From positions 18,848,001 to 18,912,000 of the forward strand of contig OZ024758.1 in assembly GCA_964016885.1 (NCBI GenBank): a stretch of DNA of 64,000 nt. Reading direction: 5' to 3'. Each line of letters begins with the position of its first letter. Positions within the stretch are counted from its first letter, which is position 1. The position numbers and the translations under genes are program-made. Under the pieces are notes generated by a model, which worked only from the letters and a program-made list of their open reading frames with translations, was not told the origin of the DNA and searched no databases. This document shows positions 46,936 to 62,037 of this stretch, in pieces. This DNA is from Eledone cirrhosa (taxonomy: Eukaryota).

Positions 46936-48516
46936 CCTTGTAACTGGTGTTGCGACCGATAGAACGTATTAGCAATTGGAAAGAGCAATGGAAACATTGC
47001 TTCCTCGGTCCGATTTGACGAAAAGTCGATCGACTGTTGATATAAGCATATATCCCAGAAAAGGGAAATGCTTCGTTCATACCTTATCTCTTCAAATAAG
47101 AATGTTATATTCGAATCACAAAGCAGCAACCGTCTAATAAGAATACAGTAGATTAATAAAATCAAAGACAGCAGAATTGTGAAAACAAGGGAAATATATC
47201 TTAAGATGTTTGATGTAGAAATGAGAATACTTGTTAAATATACTCTCAGCGTGGATCTAAATAACAAAACATAACCAACATATCTAACATCAGAGGTTTG
47301 ATAATTTGTGTAGTGAAAGTTATGAGTGAAATAAAAAAAGAAATCATTGTTATTATAGTAAGTAATTTTATCACTGGACAGTAACATGTACCTGTGATTC
47401 TGTGCTAGTTTCATAAACAATTATCACTGAAAACTTCTGGTCTCTTTGGCTCATGGACCAGCTCCATACTCACCACCAACTAAAGAGAGTTGGCTACACA
47501 CAGGTGTCAGTCTTGCGAGCTGGAATGGCTTTACCAGCGCGTCTCCCTTGCCACCCTCTAGTTTTTCCCGCCGTAGCCTGGGATGGCCAGCGCGTGAGCT
47601 ACCAATTGCTCATAATATTGATAAATGGCAAGAGTAAAAGAGACTGAGGCAGTGTCAGTGGGTGTTTGGTTCCTTTGTGTTTGGACCGGGTGTATATGTC
47701 TGTTTCAGACATTCACACTAAATTCACAGTCACACATTCACTCTGAGGCAATAACAATGGGAATTAATTTCCTTTATATTCGGTCCATATATATATATAT
47801 GAAGATTGCAAACTTGACTATCACCACATATTATGAACCTGAAAATTGCGAAAGCATGAAAGTACTTGTTCAATTAACACTTAGAATTTAATATTCTATC
47901 ATACTATTTCATTTTAATACCATTATAAATGTTAAAGGATTGTAAATAAAACGAGTAAATCAGACAGAGTTGGAATTCCTCTTATTAATATAATCTTCTA
48001 TACACAATCATACACACCCGTGTATATTTATCTATCTATCTATATATATATATACATACATATATATATATATATACATTTCACAGCAACGCACTCATAC
48101 TGGGTCAGCAAAGAGATGCAACTATTAACTAACAGTAAACTGTTTGGCTTTATAATCTAACTATTGCAGGTTTTACATTCAACAAAATATATATGTGAAA
48201 CACAAATTTATAAACTTGGTTTAAAAACACTCTCTTATATTAAAGAGTTCCCAGCAGCATTTTAATTATACTGTGACTGATAAATGTACTAGTGTTGTAG
48301 TGACAAATTAATTTTTGATATCTCAAGACCTACAAAAAATGAAATTAGATGATCATGCAAATCATTTATTCAGATTCGTGTTCCAATTTGAGAATATGCT
48401 GACATTTTAACATATTAATAATATCGAAGCTTTCAATAAATATCGTGTGTAGAACAAAATTTGTTCATTGAGATAAGCAATATATTACATGCTGGAAACA
48501 ATTACTATTTCAGATT

Positions 48517-48571
<55 letters not shown>

Positions 48572-48602
48572 TTGATATCTACATATACATATATATATCT
48601 AC

Positions 48603-48667
<65 letters not shown>

Positions 48668-48915
48668 TGTGTATGAGTGTGTGCGTGCGTGAAGTGTGTT
48701 TCAAAGAGAAATCAAGAAGTATTCAATGGAGCTTTTATTTATTTGTTTAGGTATACATCTATGCGTGGCCACATAGATGTATACTTAAACAAATAAATAA
48801 AAACTTTATTGAATACTTCTTCATATCTCATTGAAACACACTTCACGCACGCACGCACTCAGACACAGGCAGAGGCACACGCATTCACACACACACACAA
48901 ACTAATTGAAATAAT

Positions 48916-49039
48916 TGTTTCTACTTTTGTCACAAGGCCAGCAATTATCCAGTGTATTACTGGTACGTTATTTTATCGACTCCGTAAGGATGAAAGGCAA
49001 AGGTAATCTCGACGGGATTTGAACTGAAAATGGAAAGGG
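48916..49039 (-). mobile_element. SINE family 1, 5'-truncated, 18-bp TSD
   Basis: CAAACTAATTGAAATAAT at 48898-48915 and 49040-49057. Confidence 0.9.
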
Positions 49040-49288
49040 CAAACTAATTGAAATAATGACACAGTTTCCTTCATTTCAATTTGTAATTAATTGTCACTGT
49101 TGCATTTACATAACCTTAATCAATATACTTTCATGTATTCAGGTTTGAGCGGTCCTAATCGGTTAAAACATTCTGGTTATGATCATGGACCTCCTCAAGA
49201 AGTACGGAAAGCATTACTGTTATATTAATGAATATGAAGACTAGATAGCTTTACGTGTTCATGGTTTAACGAAAATGGAGGACCATAT

Positions 49289-49330
<42 letters not shown>

Positions 49331-49333
<3 letters not shown>

Positions 49334-49756
49334 AAAGTTTTATTTAAAATTGTTGGGTTACAACAAGTAAATATTTTATAACTGGTATAAAGCACTCGTC
49401 AAGTTTTTGGCGTAGATATACGATATTAAACAAATGGAAACTATATTTATCAAACCATATTTATTTCATTATACATAATTCGGGGATACCATATTAACAA
49501 TGTGGCATGCCTTCGTCAGATAAAATACAATATATAAACAGTTTTATAAATAATGTTGACGTACCATAAATATGAGCGACCAATATGTAGGAAGTTGGTT
49601 TTACATAATGGTCGCTCATATTTATGGTACGTCAAAATTATTTATAAAACTGTTTATATATTGTATTTTATCTGACGAAGGCATGCCATATTTTTAATAT
49701 GGTATCCGCGAAATATGTATGGTTTTATAAATATAGTTTTCATTTGTTTAATATCG

Positions 49757-49758
<2 letters not shown>
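49331..49758. mobile_element. Family F foldback element, copy 3 (both arms long)
   Basis: About 165-bp inverted arms around about 49595; CTGACGA cores on both arms. Confidence 0.85.
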
Positions 49759-49789
<31 letters not shown>

Positions 49790-52700
49790 ATATTATGCTT
49801 GAAGCTTCGTATATAATATATAACGTTGAAAGAGTTAGAAGGCTAAACGATGCAAAATGATCTGTAAGATGAGGTAACGTAAAGTAAAATTGAGATACCT
49901 GGTAAATTTGTTTTGCTATTTCTTGTTGTTGTTGTTCTTTTGTATGTCCAATATTTCGGGACCTAAAGGTCCCTTCTTCAGTGTTTAAAGATCTTTCAGT
50001 GGATAAAGTTCCAACTTGCTCTCTATAGGAAACAATGTTTATTTTATTTTAAAATTGTTCAAACTTTATTATGGTTACTTCGCATGGGGATGTACAAGTT
50101 CAGTAGGTTTCTTTTGTGTGTGGTGTGTGTACTTGAGCATTTAATGCGTTCTAATCCGTTGATGTGCATACTGCCCGATTGAAAATCGGGATAATGTTAA
50201 ATAGAGAAATTATATTAGCAATATTTCAAAAGTAGTGTATACGTACTTAACATATGGCGTATACTTCATTCGTGTAATACGCTGAAGTTTCTGTCCAACT
50301 GATATTTAAATGAACGCAAATATATTTCTTCACAAGTGTATCGTCAAATATTACCGAAACATAGGATACATTTTGAAGACAATATAGAACCGTTCATCTT
50401 ATATTGACTAGAGGAAATAGTATAATATAAGGTTATATGAACAGCTGTAACGGAATTAAATATGTGCTAATACCTCATACGGAGGTCGATATTCCTTAAT
50501 AAGAGTATATTTTCTAGAGACAATATACGGTGACAGATTATAATTGTTTAGAAAATGTTCAATCGCCACGGTATTCTAATACACACTTGCGTACATACCA
50601 TATAATTACATATTTATATATTTGTCTCTGTTTATGTGTACCGTCTGCGCCTGCGTTTGTTTTTGAAAATGTGTTTACTTTTATGTGCATGTGTATTTCA
50701 TAGAAAACACACATATTGTTCACTTATTGCAATTTTGACTCGAGAATTAAAAGAAATAATAATGCAAAAACAAAACATGGAGAGAGATTTAAAGTTAGAA
50801 TGCTTTGCTTGCGATGATCGTCTATAGGAGTCATAAATATCCGGAACAATTGAAAAAATAAATGTGATGATGGGGAAGGCCAACTCTATCTAATAAAAAC
50901 TTTAGGAAATATTGGTTTATCTTGATATTTACACTTTCATTTTGTTTGTGTTTTTCCAATACTTTGACGCGTTTATAATATTGTAAATGTCATCAACGTT
51001 ACTTTATAAAATTCCCCAAAAGACCCACCCGAGCATGTCTGCTTTTATTAATTCTGCCGTTTATGAAATAAATAAGAATATATTTAAACTCTGTACGTGA
51101 GATGAATTCAATGGAAATGTATATAAGTATTCAATATAATAAGATATTGTGTAAAATACGTCTAGGTTGTTCTGCGAATAACTGCCTAAAGTTATATTGA
51201 GTGTATCACATATTAACTCACATGCTTCATACATAGCAATATCAATTGTTAAACCTATGAAAGAACCAGTTAAATATATAATGCCATACAGAATGGGAAA
51301 TATCGAAACTTTTCATCCAAGTAAAATAATTTTCTTCTATTGAATCAACTTGAGAATTTGTACGTAATGATTGATCCGTTAGAAATAGTAATCATATCTC
51401 GAATAAATTACTTTCAACCATCTAATTAAACAAGGGCATTTCAGGTGCGGTCTAAGTCGCCACTTCGGAGGCTCATCAGTGCAGTGCTCATTCCTCTGTT
51501 CGTGCGTGAAGCGACTGAGATTACAATACCCCCCCCCCCCTTGTTTAAACTACCAGCTATTTCTGGTATTTACTTTCATATGAGTATACTGGAAGAACAT
51601 AAAATGAAGTATTTTTCTCACCAAGTTAAAACACAGATTAGTCCAGGAATCGAACCCACGGCATTATGTTTGTACGTATGTGTGTGAGAGTTTACATAGC
51701 TTTTAAATTGACGCCAGGGCATATATAATTATTATATCCCTAATGTTTATGTTTTCACTAAGTAGTGTGCAGTTTTTTCGTTTTTTTTTTCTATGAGGAA
51801 GGCATTTTAATTTACTTAGCAACTAAAAATAGTTGTGGCTTTATTTCAAATGTCCAAATATGTTAAAATCTGCATCACATTGAATCGCAACCACTTGCAT
51901 GCACGTTTACGACAGGAGCAGCTTATTCCCTTTACCGAAACACTAGAAAAAAGTCGTCGAACCAGTCACGTACAACATACACAGAAAGCAGAACTGCAAC
52001 CTATCTGTGTTTATTCGCTACTCACAAATCCATAATTGTGATGTTTTTTTTATTTATTTTAATAAACCCTAGAAGAAATCTTTGCCTAAAACTTGTTTCA
52101 ATAATCTCGCGTTTTTCAAATGTCTATAGTACATATCTGAGACGGATTTAAGTGCTTCTGTAATATATAGAAGGATCTCTGAAATGTATTTCCTTACATA
52201 TATTATTCAACTATAATATAACAACGAGTTTGTTATTTTATAAATTTTACTTTATAAGAAATAGTCTCAAGTACACCTTGATTACATTTCGGGTGGGATG
52301 GAGGTGAGTCACTATATAATAATTTCCTCGCAGCCGGTTATGTGTTTAGGCTAATTACTCGCAATAAATAAATACATAAATGAAGATGCCTCAGAATTAA
52401 TTCATTTAATCTTGTTTACATTTCAGAGATAGATTCACTATCTTGTTTTTCTCGTTGTGTCAATCAATAGTTTCGTAAATAATTACAATTTAAGTTTATA
52501 TTGTTGTTGGGTTTTTTTTGGCAGCATTGTAATATTTTTTATTTCACTTAAATTTTTCCGGTCTGTTGTTGTAATTTATTTTAAATTAACATTTCTCTAA
52601 CTACAAGATATGTCAAGAAGAAAGAGAAGCATAGAAACATTCTAAAAATATACCAATAACATATCGAAGACATTATATAATTAATTCTATTTGTTGTTTA

Positions 52701-53304
52701 ATTTTCATCATTTCTTTCCGCCATTTTTTCCTCTGTTTCACATTTGATTCTCTCACAACTTTCATTATATAGGAAATATTTTAAAAAATTGTTTAAATAC
52801 AAAAACAATCTTAAACATTTCATAACAATTGAACAATTGTATTCGTTCGTATAAAGATTATATCTAATAAAGATCAGAATATATATATATGTATATATAT
52901 ATATATTTATATATTGTTATACTTTGGGAGGCTCATGTTGCCAATAAGAAACACACTCATCTGCTGCTTTCACTTCAATTTATTATAATAAATATATAAA
53001 TTTAGAAATTTATAAATGTCCGGTTGGTTGGTTGGTTCCACAACCAGATGATTGTTTATATATTGTCAAAGTTATATCGTCACACAGTGTGTGACCTCTT
53101 CAGTGACTGGGAATTCTTTTCTTTGTTTGTGTGCCTCTCCTTTTTTCTGTCCTACGCCATCTGGTTGTTGTGTGTGTTGTGTGCTTAGTTTGCGCGTGTT
53201 ACATCCGGGTGTCTGTGTGTGTTTATATTTGTTTATTTCTTTGTTTATTTACATGTTACTGGTTGGTTGTTAGTTCTATGTGCGTGTGTGTTTTCATTTT
53301 GTCC

Positions 53305-53706
53305 TTAATTGTAAGTTGTGATGTTGCTGTTCCATTCATGTTTTCTATTTAATTTTGGTTGGAGTTCATTTATGTTTACTGCTTCTGTGATTTGTCTAAG
53401 CATTGCGTCTTTTCTGTGTGTAGATTCTATTTTTATTTCTCTGTTCTCTAATTTACCCTTATGTTCTATTTTAGCATGTTGGTAGAGTACAGATGATTCT
53501 TTACTGTCTTGAAGGTCTCGACAGTGTTCATTTATCCGTTTCCCGATACTACGAACTGTCTCACCTGTGTACACTATATTCTTATCTCTACATTGTCCTT
53601 CAGTACATATTATGCTATATAATACATTTCTAGTTTTACAGTTAATATGGGGGCTTAATTTACAGATTATATATTTCTTATCTATACAGGGAGGTATTTT
53701 TAACAC
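53305..53706 (-). pseudogene. GIY-YIG endonuclease domain of a Penelope-like element (C-terminal fragment, RT lost)
   Basis: CKTRNVLYSIICTEGQC..VYTGETVRSIGKRINEH..SSVLYQH..RQITEAVNI..PKLN: the VxY/YxGxT/R..EH/E/LN pattern of PLE GIY-YIG domains; ORF is cut at the inversion junction near 53700. Confidence 0.85.
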
Positions 53707-53798
53707 ATGCGCAAACTAAGCACACAACACAGACAACAACAAGATGACGTAGGACAAAATAAAATGGAAAGGCACAAAAACAAAGAAAATAATGTCCA

Positions 53799-53841
53799 CT
53801 CACTGAAGAGGTCACATAATGTGTGACGAAATAACTTTGAC
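53799..53841 (+). ncRNA. Minimal hammerhead-like motif (family J); mirror copy at 53065-53107 on the minus strand
   Basis: CTGAAGA-gGTCACATaatGTGTGAC-GAAA-taactt-TGAC; stem I GTCA/TGAC is intact in the left arm, GAAA is intact in the right arm. Confidence 0.6.
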
Positions 53842-54047
53842 AATAAATAAGCAATCATCTGTTTCTGGAACCAACCAACCAACCGGAAATTCATAAATTC
53901 CTAAATTTATGAATTTATTATAATAAATTGAAGTGAAAGCATGGTGTGTGTGCTTCTTATTGGCAACATGACCCTCCCAAAGTATAACAATATCGGTATC
54001 AACGCACGTTTTCAGATAAATAATCTTGCTAAACCAATTCAGAAACG

Positions 54048-54104
<57 letters not shown>

Positions 54105-54131
54105 AATATATGTGTGTGTATGTATATTTAT

Positions 54132-54254
<123 letters not shown>

Positions 54255-54399
54255 ATCATACGTAAATCCATATCACCCGCGTTTCAAGTTGCGTAAATAT
54301 AACAAGTAGAAGGCAATGTGCGGAACATATATACACACACACGTGAGTAGTTATAATATCACCCTAGCCTGGACAGACGACAGACATCACTAATATGAA

Positions 54400-54840
54400 C
54401 TTTTGTTTTCCTTTTCCTCCCACGTCGGTAGTGGAAGCAGAGTCCTCAAACTCTCTTTCCAATGGATCATGTCACACTGATCCAACTGTATGCCCAAGAG
54501 AGACTAGCCAAGGTTTGGAGCGTATCCAACCATTTTGGTCGGATTCTAACCCAGGGTCTTAATTTAGTTGATTTTACACATAAAATCTGTCCAGCCATCC
54601 AATACTGAGACATTCTAAAAACATGTCTATAGTGTCAGAGCTGTGACCTCTCAAACAGGAGTAATCAAGGCTCTACGTGAAGAGACTTTCCGATCTCTGT
54701 GCTACTCATTCTATCGACTAAGATTACTCCAAAGACCCTTCGGGGGAATCCCATTTCTGCCGCGTATATTGGCTATCATATTCTTTCGATCATAATCATA
54801 GGTCAGGGTTGGCTCATACATTTATAAATAATAGATGTTC
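54400..54840 (-). pseudogene. Degenerate RTE-clade (Rex3/Expander-like) LINE 3' remnant
   Basis: Manual translation YEPTLTY..AAEMGFPRRVFGVILVDRMSSTEIGKSLHVEP*LLLFERSQL*HYRHVFRM, with stops and frameshifts. Confidence 0.7.
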
Positions 54841-55047
54841 TCGCTTACTACGTAAGCGAAAACGAACAGTCGTGTTGACTGAGCGTCTGTTCGTCAGTGG
54901 TATCAGCCTCACAGGGATGATGCATTTTTATAATGCAGGAGTTGCACACGGATCAGCGAAACTGCAGTAGGGACTTTGAAGAAAAAAATGTATATTTTTG
55001 TCTAATATCTTTATATATATTGTAATTTGATATATATATATATATAA

Positions 55048-55084
<37 letters not shown>

Positions 55085-55089
55085 TATAA

Positions 55090-55170
<81 letters not shown>

Positions 55171-55183
55171 TATATATATATAT

Positions 55184-56140
55184 ACTAGACATGAAAAATG
55201 CGCAAGCTCAAAAGTGCCACAGAATGTTATAATAAACCTTCAAAAGTGTGGGACTAGAGTTGTTGCTAAAAAATATTGTAATCATTATATATCGTACATT
55301 CTGTGGCATCCTTTATAAAAATAGCTTAAACCAACGAAGCCTTTATTTTTACGCTATTTCACTTAGTTAATTCTTAGAGTGTAACATATAAAAATATGAT
55401 TTACAACTATAAAATAAATTAATTAATATAATAACAGAGCTGCGGAGCTGAAATTTAGGAAATAATGGAGTATCGGATCCTGAGTTGGAGCCAGTCAATT
55501 TTTGACCGACTCCGCAGCCCTGTATAATACATTTCATATTAAAGTTATTAATAAACCTATTTTACACTTCATGCAAATTACCACGAGATATTGATATTAG
55601 ATATAAGATACAGCGCAATATCTACAGCTGTAAAAGTACGAAAGCGAAGTAATAATAAGTGGCTTAAGGTAATTCCAATATGAAAGTTTGTAGTGATAAA
55701 AATTTGATAATGCAATACGATTGTTAATATTATAGTTCTATGAAAATGTAACAATAGATAACTAAATTATTTTACTATTAGTATATTTAAGAAATTATCA
55801 TTATAGATTTGATCGTTCATATAAGCATCATATTAAGTTTCAACACAATTATTTTGTTACTATGAGTATATGATAATAATATTACGTAATTATTTATAGC
55901 TGTTATTACATTAAACATAGATGTATTTATTTTTATATGTTACACTCTAAGAATTAACTAAGTGAAATAGCGTAAAAATAAAGGCTTCGTTGGTTTAAGC
56001 TATTTTTATAAAGGATGCCACAGAATGTACGATATATAATGATTACAATATTTTTTAGCAACAACTCTAGTCCCACACTTTTGAAGGTTTATTATAACAT
56101 TCTGTGGCACTTTTGAGCTTGCGCATTTTTCATGTCTAGT
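55184..56140. repeat. Perfect 213-bp inverted repeat with 531-bp spacer (foldback element)
   Basis: 55184-55396 is the reverse complement of 55928-56140; no mismatch seen by eye. Confidence 0.85.
55435..55522. mobile_element. 88-bp hAT-like MITE
   Basis: Terminal inverted repeats CAGAGCTGCGGAG / CTCCGCAGCCCTG; 8-bp TSD TATAATAA / TATAATAC. Confidence 0.65.
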
Positions 56141-56696
56141 TTAATATTTTTTTAAGGCAACGCTTGTAATAACTCTAGTTAAACAGGATATATATTAATA
56201 ATAAATTATCGTTGTAATGTAATTAGATTATGTAATTGTTATTATAAATTATCTTATAAATATTAGTGTAAGATGTATAAAAATATTTTCAGACTTTTAA
56301 TATAAACAACTACAAAAAACAATCAATATTAAATCAATATATTATACATAATAGAAAACATAAAATATACAATACAAAAACAAAATATTTACATACATTT
56401 GCAATTATCAGTGTATATACATTTTCTTTATATTCCCTGAGCAAATTAATAAGATTTGTTTTTATTGTACATAATTTGATGACTTGTTGGAGTGTATTAA
56501 AAGATAGCAACAATTTGTGATTAAATTGTTATCTTAAGCAACTCACTTTTTAATAGTTGTTGGCTGAGCGAAATTGTAAAAGCCTATGAGCAAATATAAA
56601 AAAAAATACACAAACAACATTTCCTTGTGTTATTACAACATTAGATAAAATAATTGAGCAATGTCGTTATATTTTGCTCTTATTGCACATTAATAG

Positions 56697-56863
56697 TGTT
56701 TCTATTTTTCGGCACAAATCCATTACGGCAGTCCATTACTGGTACTTTATTTTATCGAATTAGTAAGTATGAAAGTCGAAGTTAACCTCGGCAGGATTTG
56801 AACTTAGAATGCAAAGGACCATAACAATACTGCAAAGCATGGTGTCTGACGCTCTACCAATAC
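56697..56863 (-). mobile_element. SINE family 1, diverged
   Basis: Alignment to the other copies. Confidence 0.75.
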
Positions 56864-57257
56864 TTGTGTTGAGCTGGTCATTAATTTATGGTGGTCGTGC
56901 GTGAAGTAGAGCAATCGCTAGTTGAAATATTATGAACAAAACATTTTTATTTGCCGAAGAACATATTTTCAATACTGTTTGTGAATGTGACGAAGGAAAT
57001 ACATTCTGATATGGAACAGTGTACAAAGTGTGTCTGTGAATAACATAATGTTACCTCATGTTGTTGTCAAGACATAATGGATTTCGTTTATCCAGTTAGA
57101 AGATGAAACCTAGCCATCTCGGATTAGTTATATTTCATGCCATGTGTAAACGTGTTTGAGGATAGCAAAATATGCGCGTTAATTATAATAATTAGTTAAT
57201 AATATTACAAAATATACCTAATTAAACTCTTTGCTTGAAATTTTATCATTCTTCGTT

Positions 57258-57258
<1 letters not shown>

Positions 57259-57321
<63 letters not shown>

Positions 57322-57344
57322 GAGAGAAAGAGAGAAAGAGAGAA

Positions 57345-57388
<44 letters not shown>
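57259..57388 (+). repeat. (GA)n microsatellite
   Basis: Direct inspection. Confidence 0.95.
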
Positions 57389-57393
<5 letters not shown>

Positions 57394-57617
57394 TCTAGTC
57401 CTTCGCTCAAGATTAATCTATAAGTTTAGATGTTTGCCTTCGTTTAAGTAAATATTACAGTAAGATTTTTAATATAAACAACTGCAAAAAACAATTAATA
57501 TTAAAACGAAAAAATTATCAATGATAAAAGAAGCGGATGCAACTTTTTTTTTTATAAAGTTATATTCCTGTTTCTTTAAAGAACATTTCATTTTTGTTCT
57601 ATTGTAGGCGAAATAAT

Positions 57618-57803
57618 TGTTTCTACTTTAGGCACAAGGCCAGCAAATTACCCAGTACATTACTGGTACTTTATTTTATCGACCCCGTAAGGATGAAAGG
57701 CAAAGTTAACCTCGGCGGGATTTGAACTCAGACTGTAAAGGGACGTAACTATGCTAGAAAGCATGGCGTCCAACCCTCTACCGATACTGCCAATTCACCG
57801 CCC
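57618..57803 (-). mobile_element. SINE family 1, full-length reference copy with 15-bp TSD
   Basis: TGTAGGCGAAATAAT at 57603-57617 and 57804-57818; A-box-like TGGCAGTATCGG and B-box GAGTTCAAATCCC on the minus strand. Confidence 0.92.
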
Positions 57804-57950
57804 TGTAGGCGAAATAATGCAATGGTTTAATAGGGAAGATATAACTTACGAATTATGTCTCTAACCGTGTAACGCTTTTTAAGTAGATAACTACAATTGA
57901 AAATACTAAAGAAATGGAACCAACAATTCAATTTGAAAGTCGTCTAGTGA

Positions 57951-58001
57951 CAGTGTATTACTGGTACTTTATTTTATCGACCCCGTAACGATGAAAGGCA
58001 A
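57951..58001 (-). mobile_element. SINE family 1 fragment
   Basis: CAGTGTATTACTGGTACTTTATTTTATCGACCCCGTAA. Confidence 0.75.
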
Positions 58002-58206
58002 AAATGCAAATGCTTAAAATTTAAATTGCCTTAATTCTATCGTCTGCTGTTTCATTAAAGGGAGATTATCGTCTGTATTTAATTCTATCGTCTACTGTTC
58101 CACTAAACAGATATACCTCCACTATCGTCTCTATTTATACATTTTAACTTATAACTTATACACATTTGATTTGAAATATTTTATCTAGTCCCCCCTCTCA
58201 ATATTA

Positions 58207-58254
58207 TGATGATTTCTTTCGAATGAAACAGTTCTAGTCCTGTAGAAGCCATTT
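58207..58254 (+). mobile_element. Family G hammerhead-arm fragment
   Basis: TGATGATTTCTTTCGAATGAAACAGTTCTAGTCCTGTAGAAGCCATTT. Confidence 0.7.
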
Positions 58255-59009
58255 ATATATATAATTGAACTGAGTTAAAAATTCACAATATTTATAATTA
58301 AATAAGCTCATATATATATGTGTGTATTTATCTGTTTATTGTATTATATATAATGTGTGTATATACAGGATGTCCCCCAAAAATATATACACACTTCAAC
58401 AGCATTCTAATAACTATTGCCTGTACAGGTAATCAAAGTGTCAATCGAATGTTAGTTTCGTGTTTTAACAGTACAAATTTACAATACACACATAAAACCA
58501 GTGTATATACATACATGAGTGTGTATACACATACATGAATGTGTATATACAATATATATGTATATATATATATAGACACATGTATTCACGGTGCAACGGT
58601 ACATTAAAATATAGATGCGGGAGAGGGGGTGTATATATAGGGGCGCTGGGGATAAAGGAGTGTAAAGCGTGTGTAATTGATATATTGAAGGAGAGGAGCG
58701 TGCAGCGATAGAGTAACAAATATATAGAGAGGGGGAGAGATGGTATTGAAGGGGAGGAGTGCAAAGCGAAAGAGTAAGAGATATAAATAGAGACGGAACA
58801 GATAGAGAGAAACAGGCGTAAGTAACAGTGGAAGAGATATAGAGAGAGGTACTCTGATTGGTTGAAAATTAGCCAATGACATACGATCACCACCACGGCT
58901 ATCCCCGAAAAATTTTTAAAGAAGCTAGGCATATATGTTAGAACACGAAAAGTGAACATTCTGTGTTTCACACTTTTCGTGTTCTAACAGATATATAAAT
59001 ATATATATA

Positions 59010-59173
59010 GTTTTGCGAGGTTGTTTATATGAAATCGTGTGTCGAAACAGATATTGTTATACTTGGGGAGGGTCATATTTGCGTAATATTGCCAGAATTA
59101 ATAACAGTGAGTGTGTTCTGTTATTAATTCTGGCAATATTACGCAAATATGACCCTCCCCAAGTATAACAATA
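59010..59173. mobile_element. Family J-related perfect foldback plus tail
   Basis: About 56-bp perfect arms 59051-59107 / 59118-59173 with the J terminus ATTGTTATACTTGGGGAGGGTCAT. Confidence 0.8.
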
Positions 59174-59235
59174 TATATATATAAATATATATATACATAT
59201 AAATATGAATATATTAATATAGATATATATAAATA

Positions 59236-59487
<252 letters not shown>

Positions 59488-59853
59488 TATATACATATAT
59501 ATATATACATATATATATATACGTGAATGTGGGTATGTGTGTTTTATGTGCGTTTTAATGCGTGTGTATTTGTGTGAGTGAGTGTATAATATATGTATGT
59601 TTCTCATACACGGGGATATTTATGTAGCGAGAAATCTTTCATTGTTTGTAGTTGATGACTTCTTCTTCACGATAATACGTACTGAACTATATTTTGTATT
59701 GCTCGTGTCATTAATACTGAAGTTAATCATGAATCTACGATGTAGAATTAATACCTTTACTTCCCACTCAATGTTACTTTTTTCCTACTCGCATTAAATC
59801 ACACCAGTTGGTATATGGGTATATCTATATATGTTTACATAATAATACATACC

Positions 59854-61367
<1,514 letters not shown>

Positions 61368-61691
61368 AAGTTACAGAGAGTAATGTTCTGTTCGAAACAG
61401 TAGTAAGTTGGTGTGAGAAAGGGAATGAGAGAACGTGAAATGCCGGAAAGAATGTAACACTATTGCAGCAAGCTGACACAGTCCATTATTTATGTATTAA
61501 CATCAGACACTTATATATAATCAAAACTTTCTACTCCTGAAAAATATGTTCCTTTAATGCGGTTACAAGTAAATCTAAATATAATTTAGTTTTCCGTATG
61601 ATTTCAGAAATCATGTTTGTTGACGTCACTAATTTTTTATCTCATTTCTTATTACTATTTTCTCAACACGTTTAAGCTTCTAGATTACTTG

Positions 61692-61738
<47 letters not shown>

Positions 61739-61978
61739 TGTGTGATTATTTATATATATATATATATGAGAGATAGAGAGAGAGAGATCTATGTATACAT
61801 ATCTAAGTGTGTATGTATATTTAGCTACATATGTATGTTTATATATGTTTGTTTATATAGCTAAATATGTATGTGTGTATATATATGTATATATAGATAT
61901 GTATATAGAGATATGTATATTGGCATGAATATGTACATATATTTCTCCATATATATATGCATTTTCTATCACACACAC

Positions 61979-62037
<59 letters not shown>

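Larger units (their letters stand above)
52913..54050 (-). mobile_element. 5'-truncated Penelope-like retroelement (family J) with inverted terminal repeats
   Basis: Inverted repeats 52913-53201 / 53701-53991, tail 53992-54050, GIY-YIG ORF between them, hammerhead-like motif in each arm, (TA)n flanks. Confidence 0.85.

Noticed and set aside
57618-57803. tRNA genes (also B-box-like motifs near 835-852 and 51642-51658)
   Set aside because: The A/B boxes belong to SINE heads or remnants; no cloverleaf could be folded.
58590-58930. Purine-rich segment with a duplicated TATTGAAGG.GAGGAG unit and CCAAT-like motifs as a promoter or Helitron
   Set aside because: Probably a repeat fragment, but there are no diagnostic termini and no second copy in the window.
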